A stretch of 64,000 nucleotides of DNA, from positions 199,454,001-199,518,000 of the forward strand of contig OZ024742.1 in assembly GCA_964016885.1 (NCBI GenBank). Reading direction: 5' to 3'. Below the pieces are notes generated by a model. It did no database searches. It was not told the DNA's origin and worked only from the letters and a program-made list of their open reading frames with translations. Shown here piece after piece: positions 29,624-44,091 of this stretch. The stretch's first letter is position 1. Each line of letters starts with the position of its first letter. The stretch is from Eledone cirrhosa. Lineage: Eukaryota. The position numbers and the translations under genes are program-made.

Positions 29624-30152
29624 ACTGAAAAATTGAAAAAAAATCTTCATTTTCAATTTCAGTTTCAAACTTGAAAAACAAATGAAATTCTATAAAATAC
29701 ACATTTTTCAGTTTTGAGATTTAAAGTTATTTTTATATAGATTTTCTCAGTTCGAATTCTTATATTTTTAAAATTAGTTTTTATAAGTTTACTTTTAAAT
29801 TCTAAGTTTTCAATTCTATTCAGTTTCTATATCGATTCTAGTTTTAATATTTAACCCTTTCCATATCAAACTGCTCGAAACCGTCCTTCGATTCATGCCA
29901 CATAACTTTGTTTTTAAGTGTTTATATTTATCTAAAAACCTTTCAAATAATGTTATGCAAGAATCTTCGTTAAGTTATGTTCCAAACATCAGGTTAATAA
30001 TGAGAAAATTAATTATATTACTAAATCCATCCAAATGCTTGATTATGTGAAAGTGGCATTGACTTTTATTAGAAAGATGGAAATAAAAGGGTTAAACATA
30101 ACATTCTATTATTTATTCTTTTAATATGTTTTTGGAACTTGTGATATTAATA

Positions 30153-30405
30153 TACAGGGTGAGTCATAAGTAACCAGTCAATCCAACATCTATATTCCAA
30201 ATGACGATATTTACTAAAATTCTGGTCATGCAGTACGAAATTATAAATGTATCAGACAAAATAGTTAAAAAAATATAATTAAAGTAGTTATTCAAAAAGT
30301 TGATCCCGTTCTTCAATACATTTTGTAGCGAATGTTCAAAAAGCTATCTGTGAATCTTGCAATAAAAATATATTGACTGCCCTGTTACTTATGACTCGCC
30401 CTGTA
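30153..30405. mobile_element. Tc1/mariner MITE
   Basis: TIRs TACAGGGTGAGTCATAAGTAAC / GTTACTTATGACTCGCCCTGTA. Confidence 0.8.
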
Positions 30406-31689
30406 CATCAAATTTATAAAGTTGTAAGACGCTATATCTCTGACTAGTAAAACAGTTCGCATCATAATTGTTTCTACTTTTGGCACAAGGCCAGCAATTA
30501 TCCCAGCGTATTACTGGTACTTTATTTCATCGACCCCTTAAGGATGAAAGGCAAAGTTAACCTCGGCGGGATTTGAACTCAGAATGGCAAGGGCCGTAAC
30601 TCTATGCGTCAAAGCATGGCGTCCGACCCTCTACCGATACTGCCAATCTACCGCCGCATCATAATTGTTTCTACTTTTTGGCACAAGGCCAGCAATTACC
30701 CCTTGCATTACTGGTACTTTATTTTATCGACCCCGTAAGGATGAAAGGCAAAGTCAACTTCAGCGGGATTTGAACTCAGATCGTTCATCATAATGACAGC
30801 ATTTTGGGTTCAGTCCCATCTTGAGCAAGTTTCTTTTACAGAGCCTTGGATCGGCTCAAGCCTTGACATTAGACTAAATCTGTTTGGAAGCCCGTCACAT
30901 GGATAATACCTGTAATTCAATGGGTCAACCTTGTTATACACGATGCCACTCGGAATCTCACTGAAAATTAAGTTAAGGGTGAATATGTGTATAGAATACT
31001 TGCACGTTAATTTAACGAGTAAGCAATTCCGTTGACCGAACAATCGAAACACTCATCGTCGAAACTGATGTAGCAACGTTTTTTGTCTTTATGATATTTT
31101 ACTCTTTTTTTGTCATTATTCAAGTCATTATAAATCAAGGCCTATAGGGAATTCTATTAACTAAATAAATGGTTGATAAATTATCTGTGACATCAAATAA
31201 ATAAATCAACTTCCGTCAGTTTCGCCTGTTTTAATGAAACTATCCGGATTTTGGGGACTTTTTTTTCAGAATGCCAAACGCTCACTGTTTTAACAAACTT
31301 TGCACCATTTCTTTTCACAAGTAGCGGAACCCCTGAAAAACGTCATGGTTACTGCCGTTCTTCGTCTGAACAAGATATTAAAAAAAATACTTGGTCCACG
31401 TACTGCCGAGCTCCTCCGCAAGATCAGAACACCAGGAGCTCGCCCGAGGAAGGAGCCTCGCGAGGGGAGGTGGTTTTTGGCAGCGGGTGTCCGCAGAAAT
31501 GCTTTTGCGGTTTTGTCCGCGAGGCGCAGCCCTAACATCGCCACGCCCTAGGCCTAGAACGCCTCCCCTCATTCTTCTGTGACACGGCAACGCTGGGTAC
31601 TGCTGCTAGTACATTCTGCTGCTAGTACATACACACACATATATATATTTATATATGTACATATATCATATATATATTTTAGATTCAAA

Positions 31690-32410
31690 TTTGAACCTCT
31701 GTATCTTAGGAATGCTTAAAGATAGCTTAATGGAACTGTCAGGGGGCTTTCTAACACTATTGGACGGCTTGTGTAAAAGATCACTTCAGGATTATGTTTC
31801 ACTTTGTTCAAGATGATCTTTGCCCTCCCTAAACTTCTAACATTTTGTCCTGGAGTAACAAGGTCACAAGTCTTACGTGCGATTTCATTTTCAAGTCTTC
31901 TGTCACCGCTCTTTGAACTGTCATAGCTGACACTCCTGCTTCGTGTGCCAAGCGTCTTATGGATTGAGTTTGATCGCTTATTATTGATCTCTTCAGCTCC
32001 AGATTGAAATGATGATCCCTCTTGCGGTTATGGCCTCCTGATCCAGTTTTCTTCTCCATTATTCCCCCTTTCTCAAACTTATTCACAATTCTCTTGATGG
32101 TTCTTGAATTGACTTTGAAGATGGAAGCCATAGAATGAATGTCGGTACCATTACTGAAGGCCTGGATGATCTTAGCCCGCTCAACATTGCTCAGTTGGGA
32201 AGATGTTGGGAGGCTGGCACAAAATGATTTCAGCCTGTTCTCTTTCTAGCTAAATATCTCAATATGTGTTTTACTGATACTTGCAAAATCTAGTGTCAGT
32301 ATGGCCATGTCTCATCTGGGAAACATGGAAAATTGCAAATCGATTAGTTTATTGGTTTAAAATTTTTTAAAGAATTTGTGAGTGTGGCAATTTAGCTGTT
32401 ACACCCGGTA
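31690..32410 (-). mobile_element. Tc1/mariner-superfamily transposon 5' part (paired HTH domain)
   Basis: ORF 31829-32131(-) with GSGG..RKR linker and SIRRLAHEAGVSAMTVQRAV helix-turn-helix; terminus TACCGGGTGTAACAG at 32410. Confidence 0.8.
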
Positions 32411-32428
32411 TATATATATATATATATA

Positions 32429-35056
32429 TCTCGACTCCTTTCTCTCCTTCTTCTGCTCCTTCCACCCCTCCCTCCACTTCACCACCTCTATCTCCACCAC
32501 CCACGTCCACTTCTTAGACATCTCCGTCGCCTTCGACCCCTCCCACCACTCACTCGTCACCACCGCCTTCTTCAAACCCACCGACTCCCACTCTTACCTC
32601 GACTTCACCTCTTCACACCCCACACACACTAAACACTCTATTCCCTACTCCCAACTCCTCAGGATCCGCCGCCTCTGTAGCCGAGATGCCGACTTTGAGT
32701 CCCAGGCCTTTTCCCTAGTCAGCCATTTCATCTGCAGAGGTTACCCCCCTCTCTCGTCCACACCGCTCTCACCCGCGCCCGTGCTGTCCACCGCTCCACC
32801 ACCCTCACTCCACGCCACCGTACACCCACCCACCGTCTCCCCTTCCCCATCACCTACCACCCCTCCACCATACCCCTCCACTGCACCATCCTCCGCCTCT
32901 TCCGACCCCTCCACCTCCCACATCTTCCCAGCCCCACCACTCCCCTCCTTCAAACGCGCGCGCATCTCCGCACCCCCCTCGTCCACAGCTCCCTACCCCC
33001 CAACCCACGCTCTCTTTCCCCCCGGTTCCTTTCCCTGTTCTAGGCCCCGCTGCAACACATGTCCCCACATCACCAACACCACCACCTTCCAGGGTCCCAA
33101 CGGCCACTCTCTCTCTGTCCGGCATGCCTTCCGCTGCACCTCCTCCAACCTAGTCTACGGACTTCGCTGCACGGAGTGCAGCGCGACTTACGTCGGACAG
33201 ACTGGACGTCGCCTGGCGGACAGATTTACTGAGCACCTCCGGGATATTCGTCTCGGTGGTAGTTCCCCCATCGCCCGCCACTTTGGTGCCCCTGGACATT
33301 CCGCACACCATCTCACAGTCTGTGGCCTACTCCAATGCCACGGAACACCCGCCAATCTCCTAAGAGTCGAACAACGAACCATCTTCATCTTACAGACCCA
33401 CACTCCACCCGGCCTGAACTCCCCACCCTTATTCCTTTAGTGTTCGACCGACCCCCTCCCCCCATACATATCCCCCACTAACACCACTAACACACCCCTC
33501 CTTTTCACCACCCACCCCACAACTAACAATACTAACACCTCCACCCCACATCCGACCACCCTTCCCCAACTAACATACTAACATCCCTCCCTTCTTCTCC
33601 CCCCCTCCTTATCACACGCACACACCCACCGGCACATATATACACGCGCTCACACTAAACACACACCCTACTACCACCACTAACCCTCACCCCCACACAT
33701 CCACCCCACCACCCCGCAACTAACATCACTAACACCCCCTGACCCCAAGCACACGAACACACACACCCACTTACACCACCCACCCTACACGCAACTAACA
33801 TCACTAACACCCTCCAACCCTACGCACACGTACACACACACCCTCTTACACCACCCACTCTACACACCCTACCCCCACTGACCCCCACTCACACCCGCAT
33901 TCAACCCTTTCTCCACCTCCTGTATACTAACACCCACTAATACCATCGGCCCCACACCCTTCTCTCCCCGCTCCACCCACACCCTTTCTCAAACACTCAC
34001 TCATCCCACTAACACCTCTACTAATACACACACACCTCCTCCTCACTCCAACTTTCACACCTACCCATCCTCTCCCCTGTCCACCGCACACACTGACACA
34101 CCTTCACTTACCATTCTACCCTACTGCTGCTATGCCCTCTGACCACCTCCCCGCACACACAGACACACAGCACACCTTCACTTACCATTCTACCCTACTG
34201 CTGCTATGCCCTCTGACCACCTCCCCGCACACACAGACACACAACACTCCTCCTGCATTGACCCTCTGACCACTTCCTGTTGCGCGCGCACCCCACATCT
34301 CCCCTCTTCCGACCAATCTCTTCACGGATTACACGTATGTGAACCTTGATCCCGAGAATCCACCACATCCCAGGATTTTACTAAGCATTCCACCACATCT
34401 TTTTACAGAATTACCTTTATGACTCACCCCACACACACACCCAAAACATTTCTTTTCCCACACGCCACCTACACCCACAACACGCATAAACACCACACAC
34501 ACACGTGCGTACCACCACATATTTACACATTCAAGCTCCGGAATCCTCTCCCCCCACCCCTCTATCCACACACGCACACGCAATCCGACCTACACCCCAC
34601 CCCACACACACCTCTTCCTGAACATGCAACCCCGTTCTTCCCCCAACCCTTGCTTTCACATACACACACACACACACACACACACGTACACCTACACATA
34701 CACACCACCTTCAGCCCTCCCCGCTCGGACACCCCGTCTCCCTCTCCCCACTCCACCCGCCACCACCCCTACACGCCCCACACCCTTCCACCACCTGTTT
34801 TACCCCATTTTAATTTTATTTTGATCATGCCTTTATTTTTAATTTCATTTGCACCGTTTCCTCTCACCCCCTTTTTGCTATATGTCTCTCCACCACTCTC
34901 CTACACACCCTTTGAACTCTCTTCCCACACACTTTTCACCTGAAGAAGGGGTTATGCCCGAAACGTCGTTTCCCACCACCACTCCACTCTGAAGAGCGTG
35001 AAATTAATAAACATTTGTTTGTACTGCCTCTCTGTTTTGTTCCCGTTCAATTTTTC

Positions 35057-35059
<3 letters not shown>
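32429..35059 (+). mobile_element. Penelope-like element (Neptune-type): RT C-terminus, CxxxxCxxC linker, GIY-YIG endonuclease, C-rich 3'UTR
   Basis: VHFLDI...FFKPTDSHSYLDFTSSHP..TKHSIPYSQLLRIRRLCS; CSRPRCNTCPH; NLVYGLRC..C..TYVGQTGRRLADRFTEH. 3' end has CTGAAGA-AGGG..CCC-GAAA at 34940-34963. (TA)n on both sides; the same 3' tip recurs at 57547-57629(-). Confidence 0.92.
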
Positions 35060-35096
<37 letters not shown>

Positions 35097-35100
<4 letters not shown>

Positions 35101-35197
35101 AGGTGTCCCAAAAATGTATACACAAAGGCTGTGCATTCTAATAAATATTGCCTGTACAGGTAATCAAAAGTGTGTACACATTTGGGCACAACCTGTA
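35097..35197. mobile_element. Short Tc1/mariner MITE
   Basis: TACAAGGTGTCCCAAAAATGT...ACATTTGGGCACAACCTGTA; related piece at 59930-60006. Confidence 0.6.
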
Positions 35198-35399
35198 TAT
35201 ATATATCATCATCATCATCATCATCATCATCTTCGTTTAACGTCCATCTTGCAAGCTAGCATGGGTTAGACTATATATATAAATATATATAAACCGGGTG
35301 TAACAGCAAAATTGTCACACTCACAAATTCTTTAAAAAAATTTAAACCAATAAACGAATCGATTTGCAATTTTCCATGTTTCCCAGATAAGACATATGC

Positions 35400-36335
35400 C
35401 CATGCCCATTGTAGTTATGCAAGAGGTGTTTCCAGACGTGTGGACAACGTAAGACAAGTTCATTCCTTGAATTCAGGCAATCGCTATTGCGTAATATCCT
35501 TAGAATATTGATCCTTTCTTCAATACACAGTCCACAAGACGGATTACCCCTTGCATATGGCTTGGACCTAGTGATAACTTTCCATTGGATGGAGTAGTCT
35601 ACACTTGAGTCTTTGAGGACCATACGTGGCTCACGAGTTTCGTTGATGATCGTTTGTCCGGATACCTAAAGGTCGACTGATGGTCCAGGAAGCGTTCCTT
35701 AAACTGGCCCTCCACCATACCCACATAGGATTTGACCTCCTGTTCTTGTTTGGTCGGTTGGAAGTGATCACAGCTTCATAAACTACAGCGGGTGTGTTGC
35801 ATTGCTGTTAAAGGGAACAAGCTTAAGGCTTTCGGCAAGAGCATCCTGGTGGGGTGCCGCTCTTAGGGCTGTTGGTGATGTGGGCCTTCATATTCTTAGC
35901 GCAGGAGTATCCCAGTTTTACCCTGTGTCTGTTAAAGATGGAGCGGTATTTGTGACCTATGGGAAAGTGTCTATCTAAGAGCGAAAACATTTTTTTCCTA
36001 CACTAGTTTTAACGTTGAATGAGAAGGGGGGGAGAGAACCAGAAAGTTTGTCTATTGGTACGATTTCTTTTCTTATTGGTGTTGGTGTTAGCGGGGGAGT
36101 AAGTAATTGGTTGCGAGAAGCCGCTGTTAGCTAACGCCATGTTGTAGGGGGGGGGGGGGGGGGGCGCTCTGTCAAAGGTTGCTTTATTAGAGGAGATGTT
36201 ACAGATTCTAGTACCGATATTATTTACGAAGTTTCTAAAAACAGTAGGAGAGTGGCATGAGTCCTTGTGTATGTAATTAAGTTTTTCGTTTAGTTTATGG
36301 AAGGGTCTGAAGGTATGTGTGCGAATGGTTGATAT
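35400..36335 (-). mobile_element. Penelope-like element (Nematis-type), degenerate RT thumb plus GIY-YIG
   Basis: RPFHKLNEKLNYIHKDSCH...PYNMALANSG...RQTFWFSPP; YSIQWKVI...CGLCIEE...LNSRNEL..RCPH. Confidence 0.85.
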
Positions 36336-36667
36336 CTTGTATGGTTTATTAGATCTGCCTATTGAAGAGAGCACACACATTTATTTATTTAACCCTTTTA
36401 GTCTATATATACTGTCGTATTTTTTCAGTAAAGGCTTTACCCCTAATAATTATCTCACATAGTATCGAATCTATGAGATTTTGATATTATTTATTTTGAG
36501 AACAAGACCTTAACATCAGTATGAGTGGTCAGTTATAGCTGTTTTGAACAGAAAGAGGTTAAGAGAATTCTGGTCGGATACGGCCAGTTTAAATGGTAAA
36601 AGGTTAATAACCGTAATAGGCCTTGTATCTCCCGGCTCGAAACAGATCTGTGAAAACTATAAGAATA

Positions 36668-37015
<348 letters not shown>

Positions 37016-38759
37016 TACATCTACACACACACATATATGTGTGTGTGTCATATTAAAGACACAGCTATGTTCGAGTTTAATCTTTTTTATGAAATACCTT
37101 TTCATATTTCCTTATTAGTTGTTTATATTCAGTTTGAAACAATAGCGTTCCTAAATCAATTAGTCCAACGTTTCAAGACTTTCTTGGAATCATCATCAGA
37201 TTACAATAACGGTAGTAATATCATGTCGTTCGTGCCCTTTGCAATATGTCGTATAGTATCCTCGAAATACTGCTAATACCTTATACGCCAGATTAATACA
37301 ATTTAACGGTAAAATTCTGACAGTTTTCCTAATTTAACCAAAAATAAAGAATCGATACAGCAGATGTAAACATATATCGATTGGTTATTTTTTGGTTTGT
37401 ATTTTATTAGAAAAGCCACAATAGAAGAATTTTTCGTTTTTTTTTGTAGATTTGTATATAGAATTGTAGAGATGGCAGCTAATATTTTTCGATCTAATTT
37501 TATTTTGCATACATTTTATTCCAATGTATTGTACTGATAAAGTCACAAATGATCATGGGTTTTGCACCTTGAAGTTCCCCTCCGAAGCAAAAGGCCGGGA
37601 AAGGTGTTTTGTGGAAGACCAGCAGTCATCCATGCGTACCAGCCTCCCCTCTCCACGCTACCGGTGTTGTCGAAGGGAAAGGCAATAGCCGATACAACTC
37701 GGCATCAGTGACGTCACAACTCATTTCTACAGGAGCAGCGTGAAATAATGTCTTGCTTAGAAACACAACACAACGCCTGGTTCAGGAGTCGAACTCACAA
37801 CCTGACGATTGTAAGCCCTACACTCTAACTACTAAACCATGTATGTGCCTTTCCCCTACACATACACACATACATATATAGTAAATCCTTGTGTCAGATG
37901 TTCTAACAGCCATGCCAACCTGCCACATTGATAGATAAGTACAAACCAAAGTCAATACACAGGTATATCACATGGGAAATTAACTGTTTAGCACTAAAAA
38001 AAATACGGTGTTGATAAAGATAGACATAGAGAGAGAATGAGATAAATAAGAACGTAGTGCCTTCACAAACCTTTCTACATATTTCCACTTTTCTTTCGCT
38101 CCTTCATATAATGTCTTAGATATAATGCCAATTTCATTTCATCAACTGATTTTTTACTAAACTTTTAAGATATGTTTCTGTTTATATGTATGAATAAAAG
38201 TATATACGTGACGTCACAAATAAAACACAGTTGCTAATATTTCCCTATTAAATTCAAAGTTTTAAATCTTTAAGTCAGAAACTTATCAATGGTTTCACCC
38301 AACATTTTGAACTGGTGTGCCATATTCTATAATTAATGAAATTGTCATAATTTTTGACGACATTATTAGTAATTAATATATATTAATGATAATCTGTACT
38401 ATGGTGAAGGATTGGTAGCAAAATCGACAGAGCGGGAAACAAAATTATTTCGCGCTATTTAATTACGTCTCCTAACGTTCTGACTTCGGATCCCAGCGAT
38501 CTAAACTTTATCTTTCATTCTTATATCTGTCAATAAAATACATAACAGAATAGCATTGTAAGTAAAATTTGGTAGATGGAAACTGTGGAGAAGTCCGTCC
38601 GAGGGAGAGACCATGACCGTTCTTGGATGGTAGACATAATCTATCGCCTAATTTAACAGCTCCTCCTGGCCATTCCAAAATCGATAAAAGAAGTACTAGG
38701 GTCGAAATGATCAACGAAAACACGTGAGGCCTCATGACTATGTTAGTAATCGTTACTAA

Positions 38760-40550
38760 CACCGTGTAACAAAAAAAATTTTTTTCTTTGTTCCTGGCTT
38801 GTAATCACTGTTTTTGTGTTGCTTAGGTCCCAAATAAATAAAAAAGGGCTATTAAACAGTTACAAGTTTGGGTTTGTAAAAATTCTAAGCTATTCACAAG
38901 AATTATTTGTATGCTGGATTTTACGTTGTATGTAAGTTTAATTTGCTTATGTTAAATGATTTTTTTATATATGTTTCAGGTTAAATTAAAATTATAAAAT
39001 AAAGAAAATTACAAAAGAAAATTATAAAAGTGCAATAAAGTATAAAATTGTTAAAAAGTGGATTAAAGAGATTTATTGATACTGGAGTACCAGAAAAAAG
39101 TTCCTCACTTCCCAAACCCAAAAGAAGTCAATGACTAGGTCAGGGATATGGGTCTGACCAAGTCCAATGCAGAGCTATTCGTCTCCAGGATGAAGCAGTG
39201 GAACTTGGTCAAGGAGGAAGTGCAGGTGACAAGTCAGAGAAGTCGACACGAACCTTTCTCAGGCTTTTATACTCTTAGGGATGGCTTCTGCTTCTGCCAT
39301 GACGTGCCTGGACTGTTGGATGTTACTGGGGTGCCGTTTGTGCCCAAGGAGTGGCGGCTATTTATAGACAGCTCCACCACAAGTTTGAAGGCTGTCCTCC
39401 TCCACAATGGAAACAAGTTCCCGACACTTCCCCTAGCTCATTCAGTCTGCCTGAAGGAAGATTACTACAGTGTGAAAGTCCTCTTGGAAGCTCTGCAATA
39501 CAACCAGTACAATTGGGAAATCATTGGAGACTTCAAGATGGTGGCTTTCCTGCTTGGACTCCAAGGAGGCTTTATCAAATTCCAATGCTTCCGCCTTTGG
39601 GACAGCAGAGCCACCTCTGACCATTACAAAAGAAAGAAGTGGGAGCAGCGAACAGAATTTGTAGTTGGGACCCGGAACGTCATGTGGGAGCCACTGGTTG
39701 ATCCCAGGATTGTACTCATGCCGCCACTGCACATTAAGTTGGGGTTGATGAAGCAGTTTGTGAAAGCTCTCAACTAAGAATCAGCCACTTTTAAGTACCT
39801 TCTTGAGTTCTTCCCCAAGTTATCTGAGGCCCAAATCAAAGGTGGAATTTTTGTTGGACCTCAAATAAAGAAGGTATTTGAGTCTACCGAGTTCTCCAAT
39901 AAGCTCAATAGGATTGAGAGAACAGCATCGAACTGTTTCAATGCAGTTGTTAAGGGTTTCCTGGGCAACTACAGAGCTGAAAACTACCAGCAACTGGTGC
40001 AGGATCTGATAAAGGCTTTTGGCGCCATGGGATGCAGGATGTCGCTTAAACTCCATATGCTGGGCGCTCACCTGCAAAAATTCAAGGACAATATGGGCGC
40101 CTACTCAGAAGAACAAGGCGAACGATTCCACCAAGATGTGAAAGAGATAGAGCAGAGGTACCAGGGCCACTACAATGAAAAAAATATGGGGGACTATATC
40201 TGGGGGCTAGTGCGGGAATGCGACCTGGACTACAACCGCAAATCCAGGAAAGCCAGTCATTACTGACGTGTATAAGCTGCTTTATAAGTGTTATTTGTTT
40301 TTACTTGTTTGCCTTTGATAAGCTTGAGTAATAAAATAAATATATACTCTGTTGATTTAATTATATGAACTGATAAATAATAAAAAAAATGTGTTTTTCT
40401 TGAAAAATATGAACATTTCGAAATATCAAACTCCTGACCACAAACCCAAACTTCTGATTAAATAATATTGTTTTTTAAAAATAATAATGGGATATAACAA
40501 ACCAGTAAATGACACTTAGAACCGGGGAACAAAAAATATGTTACACGGTG
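38760..40550 (+). mobile_element. Chapaev3-like (CMC superfamily) DNA transposon with degenerate transposase
   Basis: TIRs CACCGTGTAACA...TGTTACACGGTG. ORFs 39148-40266 contain WRLFIDSS..SLKAVLLHNGN, GDFKMV..LLGLQGG, PPLHIKLGLMKQFVKAL and SEEQGERFHQD. Flanks (TAA / ATT) do not form a clean TSD. Confidence 0.8.
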
Positions 40551-42300
40551 ATTATAATCAGAGTTCATTTCAGAAGAAAGAAACGAATTTCAATGTTTCT
40601 TTATTGTTGTTGTTGTTGTTGTTATTTTGGCAGAATCGGTAGAGGGTCGGACGTCATGCTTCACAGCATAGAGTTACGGCCCTTTACGGTTTGAGTTCAA
40701 ATCCCGCCGAGGTTAACTTCGCCTTTCATCCTTACGAGGTCGATGAAATAAAGTACCAGTCATGCACTGGGGTCGATTTAATCGACTTTCCCCTTCCCCA
40801 AAGTTGCTGACCTTTGTGCCTATATAAGAAAACATTATTATTCCTTACGGGGTCGATAAAATAAAGTACCAGTAATGCACTGGGATAATTGCTGGCCTTG
40901 TACCTAAAAGTAGAAACAATTATTATTATTATTATTATTATTGATTGTTGTCGTGAGCACACGTGTTTTCACCTCACTCCGAGGAATTTGGAGTTTTCAT
41001 CAAGCACAACCGAAAACAAAAATCCTATTGTATCATTTTTCAATAAGTAACCGTCTATAACATTTTAGATATCTGTCTTTATACCGCAGGAGACATACAT
41101 AAGTTCTGTTAATTTTTAGTCTGGACATGTCCATATTTTTCTGTTTCTGTTTATATTTCAACGCAAGATGGCTCCTTGTCAGAGAAAAGCCTCTCTACTG
41201 CTACCACCAAAAGGTGAACATGAACATAACTACACAGAGAACAAACAAACAAAAAGGAAGGAGAACAAATTTAATTTCACAGCAAGACTTACAATTTGTA
41301 CACGAAGAAAAAAAAAATGTTTTAACAGTTAAAAACGTCAATTTGAACAAGTTGAACAATCCTGGAAACAACATCCATAATGACGAAGACGACAGCAACA
41401 ACAACAACAATAATAATAAAGACAACGACAATAACAACTATGCAACAACATAATTTTCTGAATGAAAGTGTTGTTCTGAGCAACCCAGACACGAGTGTCA
41501 GAATTCTTTTCGCTGGCGTTGCTAGAGAAAGAGAGGTGTTAAAAATGCGATAGTAAAAAAATGTGACAACATGTAGCAGTGATTCTATGGTTATTTACAT
41601 AAATGTGACAACATGCAGTGTGATTCCACGGTTATTTACATAAATGTTCATAGGGTAAAAAGATAATATAGAAAACCAACCCACGAGAGAAACTCTGCTT
41701 GCTAGACACATCAGCTAAATCTCACTCAAAGAACACATCCTACTGTCTTAAGAAAGGAAGGATGGAAGGATGTTTGTAAAAGTTAAGTTAAAGTTTGTTC
41801 CAAGCCTGTTTGATTTTTGTGGCGTTTAGTAACTGAGTGTACAAAGCAGAACATTGTAAGGTTAACCCACGGTTACTGCTGGTACTCCTTTTCTTCAGCT
41901 GTGTTTTCTAGAGTAGCATGAAACGAAATGTCTTGCCCAAGGACACAACGCGCTACCCGGTCCGGAAATAGAACACACAACCCAACACCCTAACCATTAT
42001 GTCACTAAAAAGGAAAAACATAGATAATATAGTTCTAGATACAGAATGCATGATAAAACGACGCGTTGTTCAACGGCTGGAATGCCTTTGATGAAGGGTC
42101 TTTAAGGCCAGGTCTGAACTGGGGCTCAACAAAAGCAACAATACAAACATTCATACATACGGTAGGAACATAAACGAACACGTATACATTCATCTCTCGT
42201 GTTTATCTGTTAGTTGGTAGAGCTTTTTAAGCTACTGATGCGCTATATCACCCCTAACATTGAAACCGGATTATGTAACCTATAGAGGGTGGTAAAAGAG

Positions 42301-42383
<83 letters not shown>

Positions 42384-42409
42384 CAGCAGTAGCATGTACA
42401 GGTAATTAA

Positions 42410-43072
42410 GTAGAGATGTCTGAGAGAAGGTTCAAACGCCATTTCCCGAACCACGAAGCAACCTTCAGACATCCTGACAAAAACATATCATTCAGCTCAC
42501 GAACTATGTGTGGAGCTTCAAAGATAACGGCACAGCGTTCTCCATTAAATGGAGGATACTGATGGATCTTTCCTTAACGTAAATGGGACGAAATTTTGTC
42601 AGTTGTGTAACTTGAAGTGGAATATAATCTCACAACTGGCTTCAGAGAAACGCTCCTTAAACACACGCTATGACTACTTCAATCACTGTCCCCACTAAGC
42701 GAAATTTGTTCTAATAAATGGTCAAGGCCAGATTAATTGAATTTATTTTCTTCAACTTTTCAGTTTAACACCTGGGCGCCCTGTGAAACACAAGTTTCCT
42801 ACCTTGTTTTTTTTTTATAGTTACCCCCTTTTCACTTGCATTACTTAAGGTATTTGTCTATTTATAGATATTTTCGGGATTACCTACCCTTGGAACTCTC
42901 CTATGCTTTCTAAGATCTTTCTAAGATGAGAAGCCATTTTTTCTTGTAATGACAGGTTGAATGAATTGGGGTAAACAACTCAACGAAACTTAAGTACCTG
43001 TACATGTCACTTAACTCATCCCATGGACTGCATACTCTAAAACCCTTGGATATTTATACCAAATTTGTACTA

Positions 43073-43075
<3 letters not shown>
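42410..43075 (+). mobile_element. Penelope-like element 3' fragment (GIY-YIG remnant plus degenerate hammerhead H6 at 42952-43001)
   Basis: LTNYVWSFKD..FSIKWRIL...CQLCNL...LNTR....CPH; ACAGG ttgaatga...GAAA C-TTAA-G TA CCTGT; ends at (TA)n. Short minus-strand piece at 6015-6075. Confidence 0.75.
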
Positions 43076-43117
<42 letters not shown>

Positions 43118-43120
<3 letters not shown>

Positions 43121-43612
43121 TAAATCATGTCCTTAGAATTATTAGATAAAATATATACTATTTCCTCTCCCAATTAGCATAATTAACCATATAAAAAATC
43201 AATTAGACCAGGCTATAAGAATAAAGGCTCCTATGAAGAAATTTTCGACAAATAACCGAAAGCGGCCTCTTCGCGGTGGCCCCAATAGAGTATTTATCCA
43301 ACATTTCAACAGCATGTAGAAACCGACTAAATATACCGTCAACCATACACAATTAGGTGTAAATTCAAACTTAGAAGAAATGTGTACATTCCGTAATTAT
43401 ATAATTCATAGGAGCCTTTATTCTTATAACCTGGTCTAATTGATTTTTTATATGGTTAATTATGCTAATTGGGAGTGGAAATGGTATATATTTTATCTAA
43501 TAATTTATCTAATATATTTTATCTAATAATTCTAAGGACATAATTTATGATATATTGCTCTGATTATTTAATTTATCAATTCTTCATTGAACCACAACGT
43601 GACCGGTTGCAA
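43118..43612. repeat. TA-flanked inverted-repeat module (~120-bp arms)
   Basis: 43118-43237 is the reverse complement of ~43405-43550; partial copy at 59290-59360. Confidence 0.8.
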
Positions 43613-43645
43613 CATATATATCTATGACTTTATGTATATGTAAAT

Positions 43646-43744
<99 letters not shown>

Positions 43745-43823
43745 GTAAAATATCCGTGGATGTGAAAAAGAAAAAAAAAGGAAAACAGTGCTCAAACAGA
43801 AATGAGAGTTGATATATGATATT

Positions 43824-44010
43824 ATTTATTTATGTTCATACAGGGAACAAAAGCGCTACCTAAGATTTCAAGCCCCAATATTGACCATATCTCCAGATTG
43901 TAAGAGGGATCAAATTTAGACGAGTTTGATTTATTCAATCTGGAGATATGGTCAATATTGAGCATTGAAACCTTAGATAACGCTTTTGTCCCGTGTATGA
44001 ACATAAATAA
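43824..44010. repeat. Imperfect hairpin module
   Basis: About 72-bp arms (ATTTATGTTCATACA...CTCCAGATTG and its reverse complement); possible HHR 3' half GAAA CCTTAGG TA from the consensus of both arms. Confidence 0.7.
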
Positions 44011-44091
44011 TACACACACACACACAAACATATATATATATATATATACGATATTAAACAAATGGAAACTATATTTATAAAACCATATTTA

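Noticed and set aside
34934-35003. Complete hammerhead at the Neptune PLE 3' end
   Set aside because: CTGAAGA-stem II-GAAA and TTTCAC/GTGAAA are present, but no canonical stem III or NUH site was found, so it is recorded only as part of the element.
41127-41453. 108-aa Asn-rich ORF
   Set aside because: Low complexity, no domain, and no partner exons found.
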